Assembly: GCA_024638565.1 (NCBI GenBank)
Contig: JAHEKC010000005.1
Location: forward strand, 519-64,518
Length of the DNA stretch: 64,000 nt
Direction of reading: 5' to 3'
From: Bacteroidota bacterium
GTDB lineage: Bacteria; Bacteroidota; Bacteroidia; AKYH767-A; OLB10
Part shown: piece after piece, positions 39,450 through 48,655 of the stretch
How positions within the stretch are numbered: the stretch's first letter is position 1
Layout: each line of letters opens with the position of its first letter
Position numbers and translations under genes: made by a program
The notes under the pieces: generated by a model
The model's input: only the letters and a program-made list of their open reading frames with translations
Told to the model about the DNA's origin: nothing
The model's database searches: none

Positions 39450-39785
39450 CTACCGGCGTTTAAGCAGGGTGACCACCGCAAGCCCGAATGCGCAGATGAG
39501 GAGGCCCAGCGACTCGCGTGCCAGCTCCACCTCCGGCCGTCCTTCCATCGTACCCGCCACTCCCGAATAGGTGGCCGGCCACAGGATCACGGCCATGCTT
39601 AAATAAGCGGTAATGCCAAGCCATGCGAGGTATCGCGGAACCAGGTCGTAAACGGAGAGGCCGGTGAGCAATGCGGCAACCATGTAAGCCGAAGCCCATA
39701 TGACCGGGTCGGGGTCGTTGATTTGCAGGGCGGCAAATACCAGGAAGACGACGAAAAAGAAACAGGCAATTGCTTTCCTGTACAT
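39450..39785 (-). CDS. Small 4-transmembrane protein (TMEM220-like), hypothetical
   Basis: 111 aa with four predicted transmembrane helices. Its stop abuts the start of the pseudouridine synthase gene (operon). Confidence 0.5.
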   Translation of the reverse strand: MYRKAIACFFFVVFLVFAALQINDPDPVIWASAYMVAALLTGLSVYDLVPRYLAWLGITAYLSMAVILWPATYSGVAGTMEGRPEVELARESLGLLICAFGLAVVTLLKRR

Positions 39786-39911
39786 ATAAATTCATTGCAC
39801 CTGCATACGGCCGTGGCCCCACGTGCAACGGGTGGCGGGCTTCTCCTGCACAGGTTCGCTATTCGAAAAAATCATGTAGGTTTGTAAAGATAACCATTCG
39901 CAATCCTGCTT

Positions 39912-41873
39912 GTGCGCCGCCTCCTTACGATCTTTCCGCTGATTGTCACCGCCGTGCTTGCCCACGGCCAGAGCATTCCCTTTACCATCGACCAATTTCC
40001 CGGGCAGGAGTTCTACCTGAAAAAGGCGCTGGATCACCTGACCCAGGGTGACGGCTTTTATTTCGACGAGGAGAATCCCTATTACAGGCAGGCACTGCCG
40101 CATTTCGAGCAGGCGAATGCATTTAACCCCAACAATGCGGACCTTAACTTCAAGCTTGGGGTTTGTTACCTGAAATCTAATAACAAGTTCAAGGCACGGC
40201 CGTTTTTCGAGAAGGCATATGCACTGGATACAGCGGTCGATGCCAGGATCCATTACCTTATAGGAAAGGGATACCATGTGAACGGGGAATGGGACCAGGC
40301 CATCGAAGCTTATGAACGGCATGGTACTCTTCAGCTGAGCCGCGAAGACCGGAAGGAAACCAACAAAAGACTGGAGGAGTGCCGGACAGGCAAGGTGCTG
40401 GTGGCCAATCCGGTGAAAGTGACGGTGGAGCTGCTTGACGACGTGATCAATTCCCCGTTTCCGGAATACGTCCCCCTGATCACGGCCGACGAATCAGTGC
40501 TTTATTTCACTTCGAAGCGGGAAGATACTTATGGAGGGGGCGTGGACCTGAAGAACGGGGAGTACTTCGAGGATATATACTTCAGCGAGAAGATAAACGG
40601 GAAATGGTCCAAGGCACGCAATGCCGGTCCGCCCCTGAATACGAAAACCCACGATGCCGGGGCAGGACTGTCGCCGGATGGCCATACCATGTTTATTTAC
40701 AAGGGTGACAAGGACAATGGCGATATCCTGGTTTCCTATTTGGTTGACGGCAAGTGGTCAAAGCCCGAAGGCCTGGGAAAAAATATCAATACCAAGTTCC
40801 ACGAGTCAGCCGCATGCGTCTCGCCCGACGGTAATACCCTGTATTTCGTATCGGACCGGCCCGGCGGCATCGGGCAGCGGGATATCTATACCAGTGAATT
40901 TGACATGGTGACTCGAAAATGGAAGCCAGCCGTGAATCTGGGCAGTGTCATCAATACGCCGTACGACGAGGAGGGGGTATTCATGCATCCTGACGGCAGG
41001 ACCTTGTATTTTTCCTCCAAGGGACCGGGCAACATCGGCGGGTACGATGTTTTTTATTCGGTAAAAACAGATGAGGGGTGGAGTACCCCTGTAAACATCG
41101 GGTATCCTGTCAGCACGCCTGATGACGACGTGTTTTTCACCGTTTCCGCCAGCGGTGAGCATGCCTATTACTCCTCCTTCAAGAAATCCGGAAAAGGGGA
41201 GAAGGATATCTACCTCGTGACTTTCGATCCCGGGACACGTAAGGCCGGTGAAATGGCTATCCTGAAGGGCACCATCCGCAATGATGCCAACGGGCAGCCC
41301 ATCACCGCGCGGATCGAGCTGATCGACCTCGACAAAAGCGAGCATATAGGGAACTTCTATTCCGACAGCCGGACGGGCAAGTACCTGCTTTCCCTGCCGG
41401 CCGGAAAGACTTACGGCGCCATCGCCTACGCGGACGGCTTCGTGTTCAAAGCCGAGAGGATGGAGATTCCCGATCATGCGGAATACCGCGAGATCAACGT
41501 GGACCTAAGGCTGCAGCCCATGGACGTTGGCCTGAACGTGGTGCTGACGGATGTCGTCTTCGAATCCGGAAAGGCCACCCTGTTGCCGGAATCAGAAAGA
41601 ATGCTGGACCGGCTGGTGAAGCTGATGGAGGAGAACGAGAAACTGGAAGTGGAGATTGGCGGGCATACCGACAATACCGGCGACGCCAATGCAAACCTGC
41701 AGCTTTCCGACAGGAGAGCCCAGTCGGTCGTCGACTACCTGGTGGCCCATGGGGTCAAAAAGCAGCGGCTGAAAGCGGTCGCCTACGGGCAATCCAGTCC
41801 CATTGCCTCCAACGAGACGCCCGAGGGACGTGAGAAGAACCGCCGCATCGAATTCCGGATCTCCGCCCGCTAA
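39912..41873 (+). CDS. PorE-like outer-membrane-associated protein: TPR, PD40/TolB-type beta-propeller, carboxypeptidase-regulatory-like and OmpA_C domains
   Basis: 653 aa. Signal peptide. An N-terminal TPR-like region is followed by repeated SPDG.T.YFVSDR propeller blades and a GTIRNDANGQPI...beta-sandwich. The C-terminal OmpA domain carries the motif SDRRAQSVVDYLVAHGV...NRRIEF. Confidence 0.75.
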   Translation: MRRLLTIFPLIVTAVLAHGQSIPFTIDQFPGQEFYLKKALDHLTQGDGFYFDEENPYYRQALPHFEQANAFNPNNADLNFKLGVCYLKSNNKFKARPFFEKAYALDTAVDARIHYLIGKGYHVNGEWDQAIEAYERHGTLQLSREDRKETNKRLEECRTGKVLVANPVKVTVELLDDVINSPFPEYVPLITADESVLYFTSKREDTYGGGVDLKNGEYFEDIYFSEKINGKWSKARNAGPPLNTKTHDAGAGLSPDGHTMFIYKGDKDNGDILVSYLVDGKWSKPEGLGKNINTKFHESAACVSPDGNTLYFVSDRPGGIGQRDIYTSEFDMVTRKWKPAVNLGSVINTPYDEEGVFMHPDGRTLYFSSKGPGNIGGYDVFYSVKTDEGWSTPVNIGYPVSTPDDDVFFTVSASGEHAYYSSFKKSGKGEKDIYLVTFDPGTRKAGEMAILKGTIRNDANGQPITARIELIDLDKSEHIGNFYSDSRTGKYLLSLPAGKTYGAIAYADGFVFKAERMEIPDHAEYREINVDLRLQPMDVGLNVVLTDVVFESGKATLLPESERMLDRLVKLMEENEKLEVEIGGHTDNTGDANANLQLSDRRAQSVVDYLVAHGVKKQRLKAVAYGQSSPIASNETPEGREKNRRIEFRISAR

Positions 41874-41898
41874 GGAATCATAATCCAATCTTTCCGAT

Positions 41899-42684
41899 AT
41901 GAAACCGATCAAATTCACCGTGCCGGTATGGTGCCTGGGGTTACTTTTCCTGTTCTCCTCCTGTTTCGAGATTACCGAGGAGTTCACCATCACGGACCAG
42001 GGCAGCGGCGATTACGCGATGAAGATCGACATGTACCGCATGATCGAAATGATCTCGGCGCTGGATGACAAGGGAAAGCTGGAGGAGGACGAGGATTTCA
42101 GGAATCTCACGGATACCACTGTCCTGTTTAACGACATCGTGGCGCAGTCCGAAAAGATGACCGAAGAGGAAAAGCGGCTGTTCGGCCCCGGCAGCATGCG
42201 CATGCGCATGCTGCTTGCGGAGAAGGATTTTTATTTCAGCTTCAGATTCCCCTTTGAAAATTCGTCAAACCTAACCCGGCTGTACCAGCTTACCCCGGGT
42301 GCCCTCGGACACATGGACTACGACAAGCTGAACGGCGGGGAAAACAAGGAAGGGAAAGACGATTCCTTCAAGGCTTCCCCTTCCTCTGAAATGGCATCAT
42401 CAAACCCATACTTTGAAGTTGTGGCCGGCAACGGTTTTTTCGAGAAGAAGCTGAAACAGGAAGAATGGAAAATACACCTCGAGAAAGACTCAACGGCGCT
42501 AAAAATGACGGAGCTGATGGAAGGCAGCTTCATGACCACTGTGGTGCACCTGCCTTCCAGGGTGAAGAAGTGCGACCACCCCTATGCGGAAATTTCCAGG
42601 GACCGGAAAACGGTCACATTCCGGTTCCCGTTCGGCGACTATGTTTCGAAGCCGGAGTTGCTGAGTTTTAGGATTGAATATTGA
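41899..42684 (+). CDS. Hypothetical lipoprotein
   Basis: 261 aa. Lipobox LFLFSSCFE. Acidic. No recognisable domain. It lies 25 nt downstream of the PorE-like gene. Confidence 0.55.
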   Translation: MKPIKFTVPVWCLGLLFLFSSCFEITEEFTITDQGSGDYAMKIDMYRMIEMISALDDKGKLEEDEDFRNLTDTTVLFNDIVAQSEKMTEEEKRLFGPGSMRMRMLLAEKDFYFSFRFPFENSSNLTRLYQLTPGALGHMDYDKLNGGENKEGKDDSFKASPSSEMASSNPYFEVVAGNGFFEKKLKQEEWKIHLEKDSTALKMTELMEGSFMTTVVHLPSRVKKCDHPYAEISRDRKTVTFRFPFGDYVSKPELLSFRIEY

Positions 42685-42777
42685 ATTAGGGATTTGGGAT
42701 GCAGGCTACGGGCGATGGGGCTTTTTGTTGAACTGTTGAATCGAGCTGGTAGCCAATGGAAGTTTAGAGCTTATGGT

Positions 42778-42830
42778 CTTAATTTTAGGATTTAGGGTGT
42801 AAAACTTACTTCAACCTTCAACCCTCAACA
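42778..42830. repeat. Intergenic repeat motif TAATTTTAGG..GGGTGT..CTTCAACCTTCAACCCT, shared with 33838-33868
   Basis: CTTAATTTTAGGATTTAGGGTGTAAAACTTACTTCAACCTTCAACCCTCAAC compared with GGTAATTTTAGGGGTGTCTTCAACCCTTTCC at 33838-33868. TTTTAGGATT also occurs at 42666-42675. Confidence 0.4.
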
Positions 42831-42924
42831 GGGAATCGATTTAATATTTAAAGCCGTCGTCTCATTCGAGCAAACTTCCCGATTAAACGCTACCCGGTTG
42901 TGTTTTGAAAACGACCCTTTAAAC

Positions 42925-44025
42925 ATGAAATTTTACATAAGCACGCTTTATATTATGCTCTGTGGCGGTTTGCTGTGCATGCATTTGCCTGCAACTGCAA
43001 CGCACATCATCGGGGCGGAACTGACCTACCGGTGCCTGGGCAATAATGTGTACGAGTTCAAAGTGAGGTACTACAAGGACTGCCAGAGCATCCCGTTCTA
43101 TCCTATGACGACCATCCAGCTGGAATCGACCGCTTGCGGGGAAAGCCTTTCCCTTCAGCTGCTGCCGGTGGCCGGGTCGCAGGACACGGCCAGCGCCCAC
43201 TGCACACCTGCCATGAACGGCTGCAACGGCGGTTTCATTACCGGCTTCGAATACCTTGAATACACGGGGATCGACACGCTGACCGTTTGCGCCGACTGGC
43301 AATTCACGTGGTTCGAATGCTGCAGGAATGCCGCCCCGACAAACGTCAGCATCATGGGACCGGAAATGCTGATCGTGCACGCCACCCTGGACAATACGAT
43401 TGGCTGCAATAACTCCCCGGAATGGAACGACGAAGCTTTGATCTTCGCCTGTGCCGACTCCCTGGCCACCTACGACCTGGGAAGCACGGACATGGACGGC
43501 GATTCTGTCGTGTATGGCTTTTACCATGCATTGGCCGATTTAAACGGGAGCCTGGTTCCATACACCCCACCTTTCGACCCGGCTTCCTTTTTAACGTCGC
43601 TTGTGCCCATCAGCCTGGATTCGAGCAGCGGGCTGCTCACCATGCATGCGGCGCCAGGCCCGGCCTTCGAGATCTCCATCATGGCCATGCGTGCGAACGA
43701 ATACCGCAACGGCAGCCTGATCGGCAGCATTGCACGGGACCATATGGTATTCACCATACCGGACCCGGTGGGTATCCAGGAGCAGGATCCTGGTGATGTA
43801 ACAGTTTATTCCGATCCGGCGAGAGGGATCGTCATTATACATGACGGAATAGAGGAAGGCACAGTATTATTGATCGATGTCCGCGGCAGGGAAGTGATGC
43901 GGGCTGAACCAGGCAAAGGGCAGACGGAGCTTTCAACCGTTCGATTGACGCCTGGTGTTTACATGGTGCGGGTTGAGTCAGGAGGGAAACGTTTCTTCAA
44001 AAGAATTCTTGTCGGGGGCAGGTAG
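42925..44025 (+). CDS. T9SS cargo protein: Cys-rich N-terminal domain plus a Por-type C-terminal sorting domain
   Basis: ATG at 42925 (MKFYISTLYIMLCGGLLC...ATATHIIGAELTYRC). The mature part has 14 or more Cys. The C-terminal approximately 75 aa (VTVYSDPARGIVIIHDGIEEGTVLLIDVRGREV...LTPGVYMVRVESGGKRFFKRILV) matches T9SS sorting domains. Confidence 0.7.
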   Translation: MKFYISTLYIMLCGGLLCMHLPATATHIIGAELTYRCLGNNVYEFKVRYYKDCQSIPFYPMTTIQLESTACGESLSLQLLPVAGSQDTASAHCTPAMNGCNGGFITGFEYLEYTGIDTLTVCADWQFTWFECCRNAAPTNVSIMGPEMLIVHATLDNTIGCNNSPEWNDEALIFACADSLATYDLGSTDMDGDSVVYGFYHALADLNGSLVPYTPPFDPASFLTSLVPISLDSSSGLLTMHAAPGPAFEISIMAMRANEYRNGSLIGSIARDHMVFTIPDPVGIQEQDPGDVTVYSDPARGIVIIHDGIEEGTVLLIDVRGREVMRAEPGKGQTELSTVRLTPGVYMVRVESGGKRFFKRILVGGR

Positions 44026-44097
44026 CAGGTTGGCACGGTGGTTAACATCACGGAGTTTGAAATTCTTGAACTATTGTCCGAATTAGTCCCGACAGGA

Positions 44098-44697
44098 CTA
44101 TAATCTCCGCACCAGCCACCATGCCACTCCCATATTCGGGATCCAGCACCACCAGGCCACGATGGTGTAGGCGGTTCCTAAATCACCGAACATCATCACC
44201 AGGACGGGCAGCCAAAGCCTTAGCATAACGGCGGCGAAACAGGCCGCATAACTGTAGGTCATGGCTTTCCTGTGTGCCGCAGTTCGCCCGGCGCGGATGT
44301 GCTGGTAGGCGCGGATGGTGGTGAAAAGCCAGAGGACACCCAGAATAAAAAAGCCCAGGCCGGGGATCCACCCGAAGTTGGCATAAAACGAAAGATAAAT
44401 GCCTGCCAGGCCGCTGAGCACAGCGGCTACCACGTACGTCTTTCCCAGGTTTCGGTGCAGGTTCAGGCGGCGTGCCCGGAGCTTTTTGCTGAACTGCGAC
44501 CAGCCGGTCAGCAGCGCCATGCCACCGAAAAAGATGTGCGTATTGAATGCGACCAGCCAGGCTGGATCGGACAACACATCCCGGGGCTTGCTTCCCAGGA
44601 AGCCGAACTCGGGCCCGGAGAAAAGGTAAAGTGCCGGGTATAAACCAATGGCAATCGCAAGGAAAGCGAAAAGAAACCAGGATATGTTCCGGATCAT
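44098..44697 (-). CDS. DUF2306-like membrane protein
   Basis: 199 aa with 5-6 transmembrane helices. The pattern is typical of the DUF2306 predicted-membrane-protein family. Confidence 0.6.
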   Translation of the reverse strand: MIRNISWFLFAFLAIAIGLYPALYLFSGPEFGFLGSKPRDVLSDPAWLVAFNTHIFFGGMALLTGWSQFSKKLRARRLNLHRNLGKTYVVAAVLSGLAGIYLSFYANFGWIPGLGFFILGVLWLFTTIRAYQHIRAGRTAAHRKAMTYSYAACFAAVMLRLWLPVLVMMFGDLGTAYTIVAWWCWIPNMGVAWWLVRRL

Positions 44698-44747
44698 GGC
44701 AGGCTAACGGCTCGCGTCAACCGGCATAAGGGGGCCGTCGGCGGGCA

Positions 44748-47315
44748 TCAGCCACACTTGGTATTCCCGCAGCTCTTGCACTTGAGGCAGCCTTCCTCGT
44801 ACACGAGCCCCTCGGGGTCCTTGCACTCGGGACAGACCTTGTCAACGGCCTTGGTGCCGTCAGGGATGAAGCGCTTGAGCGCCCGCTCCACACCGCTCTT
44901 CCAGGTGTTGATGGATTCGTCGAACAGGTTCAGGTTATGGATGAGATCCACCACGTGGGGCAGTGGCATGCCGTGCCGCAATACACCGGAAAGCAGCTTG
45001 GCATAGTTCCAGAATTCCTTGTCGAACGACCGTGACAGGCCCTCGATGGTCACCTTGTAGCCTTCCTTGTCGACATACTGAAAGTCATACCGCTTCATGT
45101 CGTCGCCGTTGCGGTTCTTTATGATCCAGCCGCGCTGTACCCATGCCGGCAGGTTGAACGAATCTTCCGATTTACCTGTAAAGACCTCGTATGGCCGGCC
45201 ATTGAGCACGCCCACGAAGGCGATCCATTTCTCATTGTCATTGGTGAACCTTACGATCTCGGCTTCCAGCACCTTCGGACGTTTGGGCGCCCGGCTTTCG
45301 ATGATGCGTGCCGGCTCGTCTTTCTTCTTGTCATCCGAGGTGACCAGCACGCCGCTCCGGGAGCCGTCGCGGTACACGGTAATGCCCTTGAGGCCCTGCT
45401 TCCAGGCTTCCAGGTAGATATCGCCCACCTTCTCCGCCGAAACGTCGGCCGGCAGGTTAATGGTGGAGCTGATGGAGTGGGTAACGTATTTCTGAACCGT
45501 ACTCTGGAGTTTAATGCGTTGCATCCAGTCGATCTCGCCGGCCGTGGCGCCATGGTAAGGGCTTTGGGTGATGTCTTCGCTGCCGGATTCCTGCATCCAT
45601 TGCTTGAGCTTCGGGTGGTACACATTGAATTCCTGCCACTTGTCGCCCAGCGCATCCACGAAGTCGACGCGGTTGTTCTTGTCGCTCGAATTCACCTTGC
45701 GGCGGCGTTTGTAGGACAGCATGTATACCGGTTCGATGCCGGATGAGGTCTGGGCGAGCAGGCTGAGCGTGCCGGTAGGTGCCACCGTGCTGAGGCTGAT
45801 ATTCCGCCGGCCGTACTTCATCATTCGGTCATGCGTCTCCGGCATTTCGTCCTTCATCATCTGCACGAAACCGGAAGCATTTTCGATGGCAGGGTCGAAG
45901 CCGCTGAAGGTGCCGCGTTCGATGGCCATGTCAATGCTGCTTTCAAATTCGGCACTGCACTTGGTCTTCATGATCCGCCTGATTTCCTCCAGGGCCTGTT
46001 CGGAATCAAACTTCATACCCAGCGCGGCAAGGGTATCTGCCAGCGCGGTGAAGCCGAGGCCGGTCCGGCGTCCTTTCCGTCCTGCTTCGGAGAGCAGTTT
46101 CCAGGTGCGCACCTCGTTCTCCTTGATGAAGCCCGGCTCCGGGTCATCCTCCACCTTGTGCAGGATGCGGTCAATGGCTTCCAGTTCAAGGTCCACGAGG
46201 TCGTCCATCAACCGCTGGGTTTCGTAAGCTGTCTCATAGAACAGGTCATAGTCGAACTGCGCCCGGTCGGTGAACGGATTCTTGACGAAACCGTAAAGGT
46301 TCATGGCGATAAGCCGGCAGCTGTCGCCGCCCTGCATGGCGATTTCCGAGCAGGGGTTCGTAGACAGGTTCCGGAAGCCCGGGTATATAGAGGAGGTGCT
46401 GTAATCATGCTGGCGGTCCCAGAAGATCAGCCCGGGTTCTGCAGTTTTATGGGCACAGGATATAATGGTATTCCACAGCTCGCGTGCGTTGGCCTCCTGT
46501 GTGAACTCAGGCTCCTCGGCTTCGATGGGCCAGCGTAACATGAACGGCTTGTCGTCCTTTACGGCCTCCATGAATTCGTCCGACAGCCGGATGGAGATAT
46601 TGGCACCGGTAACCTTGCTCAGGTTCTGCTTTATGGTGACGAAGTCCTCTATGTCCGGGTGTGCCACGTCCATGGTCATCATGAGCGCTCCACGGCGGCC
46701 GTTCTGCGCCACCTCGCGGGTGGTATTCGAAAAGCGTTCCATGAATGACACGGCCCCGGAGGTCGTGCCCGCTGCATTGGCCACGTGAGCGCCGGAAGGC
46801 CGCAGGGAACTAAGGTCAATGCCCACGCCGCATCGGCGCTTGAACAGTTGGGCCATCTGCTGGTCGGTGAAGAAGATGCCGCCGTAACTGTCATGGATCT
46901 CCGGAAGGACCACGCAGTTGGAAAGGGAGGCAATCACGTAGGGATTGCCCAGCCCGTACATGACGCTGCCCTGCGGGATGACGTACCTGAATTTCTTGAA
47001 GTAGGTGTAAATCTTGTCGGCCGTCAGCGCTTCCCGCTTCTGGCCGTAGGAAGACCGGTACCTGGCCGAACCATTCATGTTGCTGGCCTGCTCGTATTTC
47101 TCCTCCACCCGTGCAAACTCCACTGCCATGCGGCGGTGCATGTTATCCGGCGTCTTTTCAAGGAAACGTCCCTGCGTATCACGGAGGGCGTACTTATTCA
47201 TCCACGTGGATGCCGCCAGGTCGTCCCCTTCAAAATAGGTGAGACTTGCCGCATGTACTTCCTCGTACGTGTAGATCGTTCCGATGGCTTTCAGGGGGAT
47301 TTCTTCTACTGTCAT
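44748..47315 (-). CDS. nrdJ: Adenosylcobalamin-dependent (class II) ribonucleoside-diphosphate reductase, Bacteroidota long form with a C-terminal Cys-rich tail
   Basis: 855 aa. N-terminus TYEEVHAASLTYFEGDDLAASTWMNKYALRD... The TNPCSEI active-site loop is present. The C-terminus is CPECKDPEGLVYEEGCLKCKSCGNTKCG. No ATP cone is present and no nrdB lies nearby. Confidence 0.85.
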   Translation of the reverse strand: MTVEEIPLKAIGTIYTYEEVHAASLTYFEGDDLAASTWMNKYALRDTQGRFLEKTPDNMHRRMAVEFARVEEKYEQASNMNGSARYRSSYGQKREALTADKIYTYFKKFRYVIPQGSVMYGLGNPYVIASLSNCVVLPEIHDSYGGIFFTDQQMAQLFKRRCGVGIDLSSLRPSGAHVANAAGTTSGAVSFMERFSNTTREVAQNGRRGALMMTMDVAHPDIEDFVTIKQNLSKVTGANISIRLSDEFMEAVKDDKPFMLRWPIEAEEPEFTQEANARELWNTIISCAHKTAEPGLIFWDRQHDYSTSSIYPGFRNLSTNPCSEIAMQGGDSCRLIAMNLYGFVKNPFTDRAQFDYDLFYETAYETQRLMDDLVDLELEAIDRILHKVEDDPEPGFIKENEVRTWKLLSEAGRKGRRTGLGFTALADTLAALGMKFDSEQALEEIRRIMKTKCSAEFESSIDMAIERGTFSGFDPAIENASGFVQMMKDEMPETHDRMMKYGRRNISLSTVAPTGTLSLLAQTSSGIEPVYMLSYKRRRKVNSSDKNNRVDFVDALGDKWQEFNVYHPKLKQWMQESGSEDITQSPYHGATAGEIDWMQRIKLQSTVQKYVTHSISSTINLPADVSAEKVGDIYLEAWKQGLKGITVYRDGSRSGVLVTSDDKKKDEPARIIESRAPKRPKVLEAEIVRFTNDNEKWIAFVGVLNGRPYEVFTGKSEDSFNLPAWVQRGWIIKNRNGDDMKRYDFQYVDKEGYKVTIEGLSRSFDKEFWNYAKLLSGVLRHGMPLPHVVDLIHNLNLFDESINTWKSGVERALKRFIPDGTKAVDKVCPECKDPEGLVYEEGCLKCKSCGNTKCG

Positions 47316-47526
47316 ACAGGCTTAGGTCATTAATAAAGTTAGGCAATGTCAGGTAAAAGTGAAAGGATCGTAAAGGTAATTTTTACCCCAGCGGCGAACA
47401 AGGAGAATTTAAAAAGTGAGGCTCAAGTTATTAACCAAAAATTGGTCAATACTTTTTTTTCTCACCCTGGTCAGCCGGAGCCCTTGATCCATGCAGGTTT
47501 CACGGGGTGGCGTGTTTCGTGTGGCG

Positions 47527-48462
47527 CTAAAGTCCGAGCCCTGCCACCTTTTCGGCGAGCACACGTGAAATTTTTTCGTAGGACTGCATGCTCCAGCCGG
47601 CAATGTGCGGGGAAAGGATTACCCGTTCCGAAGCCACAAGTTGTTCGAAGGTCCCTGCGTCCGCCGGGCCGGTATTTTCGAAGGAGGAATCCTCGAAGTC
47701 GAATACGTCCAGGCATGCGCCGGAGACCGTGCCGTCGGACAGGGCCCCGAGCAGGGCGGTGGTTTTTACGACCCTGCCGCGGGAGGTGTTGATGAGCACG
47801 GGCTTCCTTGCCAGGCTGCCCAGGAAATCCCGGTCGACCATAAATTCGGTTTCAGGGGTCAGCGGTACGTGCAGGCTGATCACGTCGCAGGCGGCCGCCA
47901 GTTCATCCATCCCCGCCTGCCGGACCCGGGCCTTACGGCCGATGGTCTTATACGGATCGCAGGCCAGCACTTCCACCTCGAAGCCTGCCAGTTTGCGGGT
48001 GAAGGCGCTACCGGTATGCCCGAACCCGATGATGCCTACTGTCTTCCCGTCCAGCTCCCGGCCCCGGTTGGACTCGCGGTTCCATTGACCCCGCCGCACC
48101 TCACGGTCTGCGCGGTGCAGGTTGTTGAGCAGGGCCAGCAGCATACCCAGGGCATGCTCGGCCACGGCATTCCGGTTTCCCTCCGGGGCGTTCACCACCC
48201 GGATGCCAAGTCGCCGTGCGGCCTCCATGTCGATTTGCTCGAGCCCGGCACCGGCGCGGGCCACGAACTTCAGGCCTTCCATGGCCTCCAGGAAAGGTTC
48301 ATCTACGGGGAAGCGGCTCCTGATGGCCATGCCGGCATAACCGCCCCGCTGGTGCATGATCTCATCGCGCGAAAGCTTGGTGCCATCCACACAGGTGTAC
48401 CCGTGCCTGGCAACAAGCGTATTAAAAACAGGATGGATGGTATCTGCCAGCAGGATTTCCAC
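47527..48462 (-). CDS. D-isomer-specific 2-hydroxyacid dehydrogenase (NAD-binding). The start is uncertain; the track ORF begins at a GTG.
   Basis: 311 aa. GIIGFGHTGSAF Rossmann motif and the catalytic R/E/H triad (SPHIAGWS). Confidence 0.8.
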   Translation of the reverse strand: MEILLADTIHPVFNTLVARHGYTCVDGTKLSRDEIMHQRGGYAGMAIRSRFPVDEPFLEAMEGLKFVARAGAGLEQIDMEAARRLGIRVVNAPEGNRNAVAEHALGMLLALLNNLHRADREVRRGQWNRESNRGRELDGKTVGIIGFGHTGSAFTRKLAGFEVEVLACDPYKTIGRKARVRQAGMDELAAACDVISLHVPLTPETEFMVDRDFLGSLARKPVLINTSRGRVVKTTALLGALSDGTVSGACLDVFDFEDSSFENTGPADAGTFEQLVASERVILSPHIAGWSMQSYEKISRVLAEKVAGLGL

Positions 48463-48655
48463 GGAAGACGAAATTAGGCAATCTGTTCGGGTGTTTCATG
48501 CTGTCCGTTAGGGCTGCGTTTTACATTGCAGCCTGGCACCCTGGCGTAAAATTTTTTTGTGCGGGAAAATCAATTGTTGCACGCAGTGACGCAAAGTCAC
48601 AAAGGCTGCAGGTAATAACTGCCACTGCCGCTTTTTCGAAGCACACCGCAAGTCC

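Noticed and set aside
47316-47526. Cobalamin riboswitch in the nrdJ leader
   Set aside because: I could not find the conserved B12-box or the characteristic multi-stem core by eye. B12 riboswitches are also normally associated with B12-independent RNRs, not with nrdJ.
45831-48477. Plus-strand ORFs of 235, 182 and 290 aa overlapping nrdJ and the 2-hydroxyacid dehydrogenase gene
   Set aside because: They are antisense to strongly supported genes, have no recognisable domains, and are Arg/Gly/His-rich.
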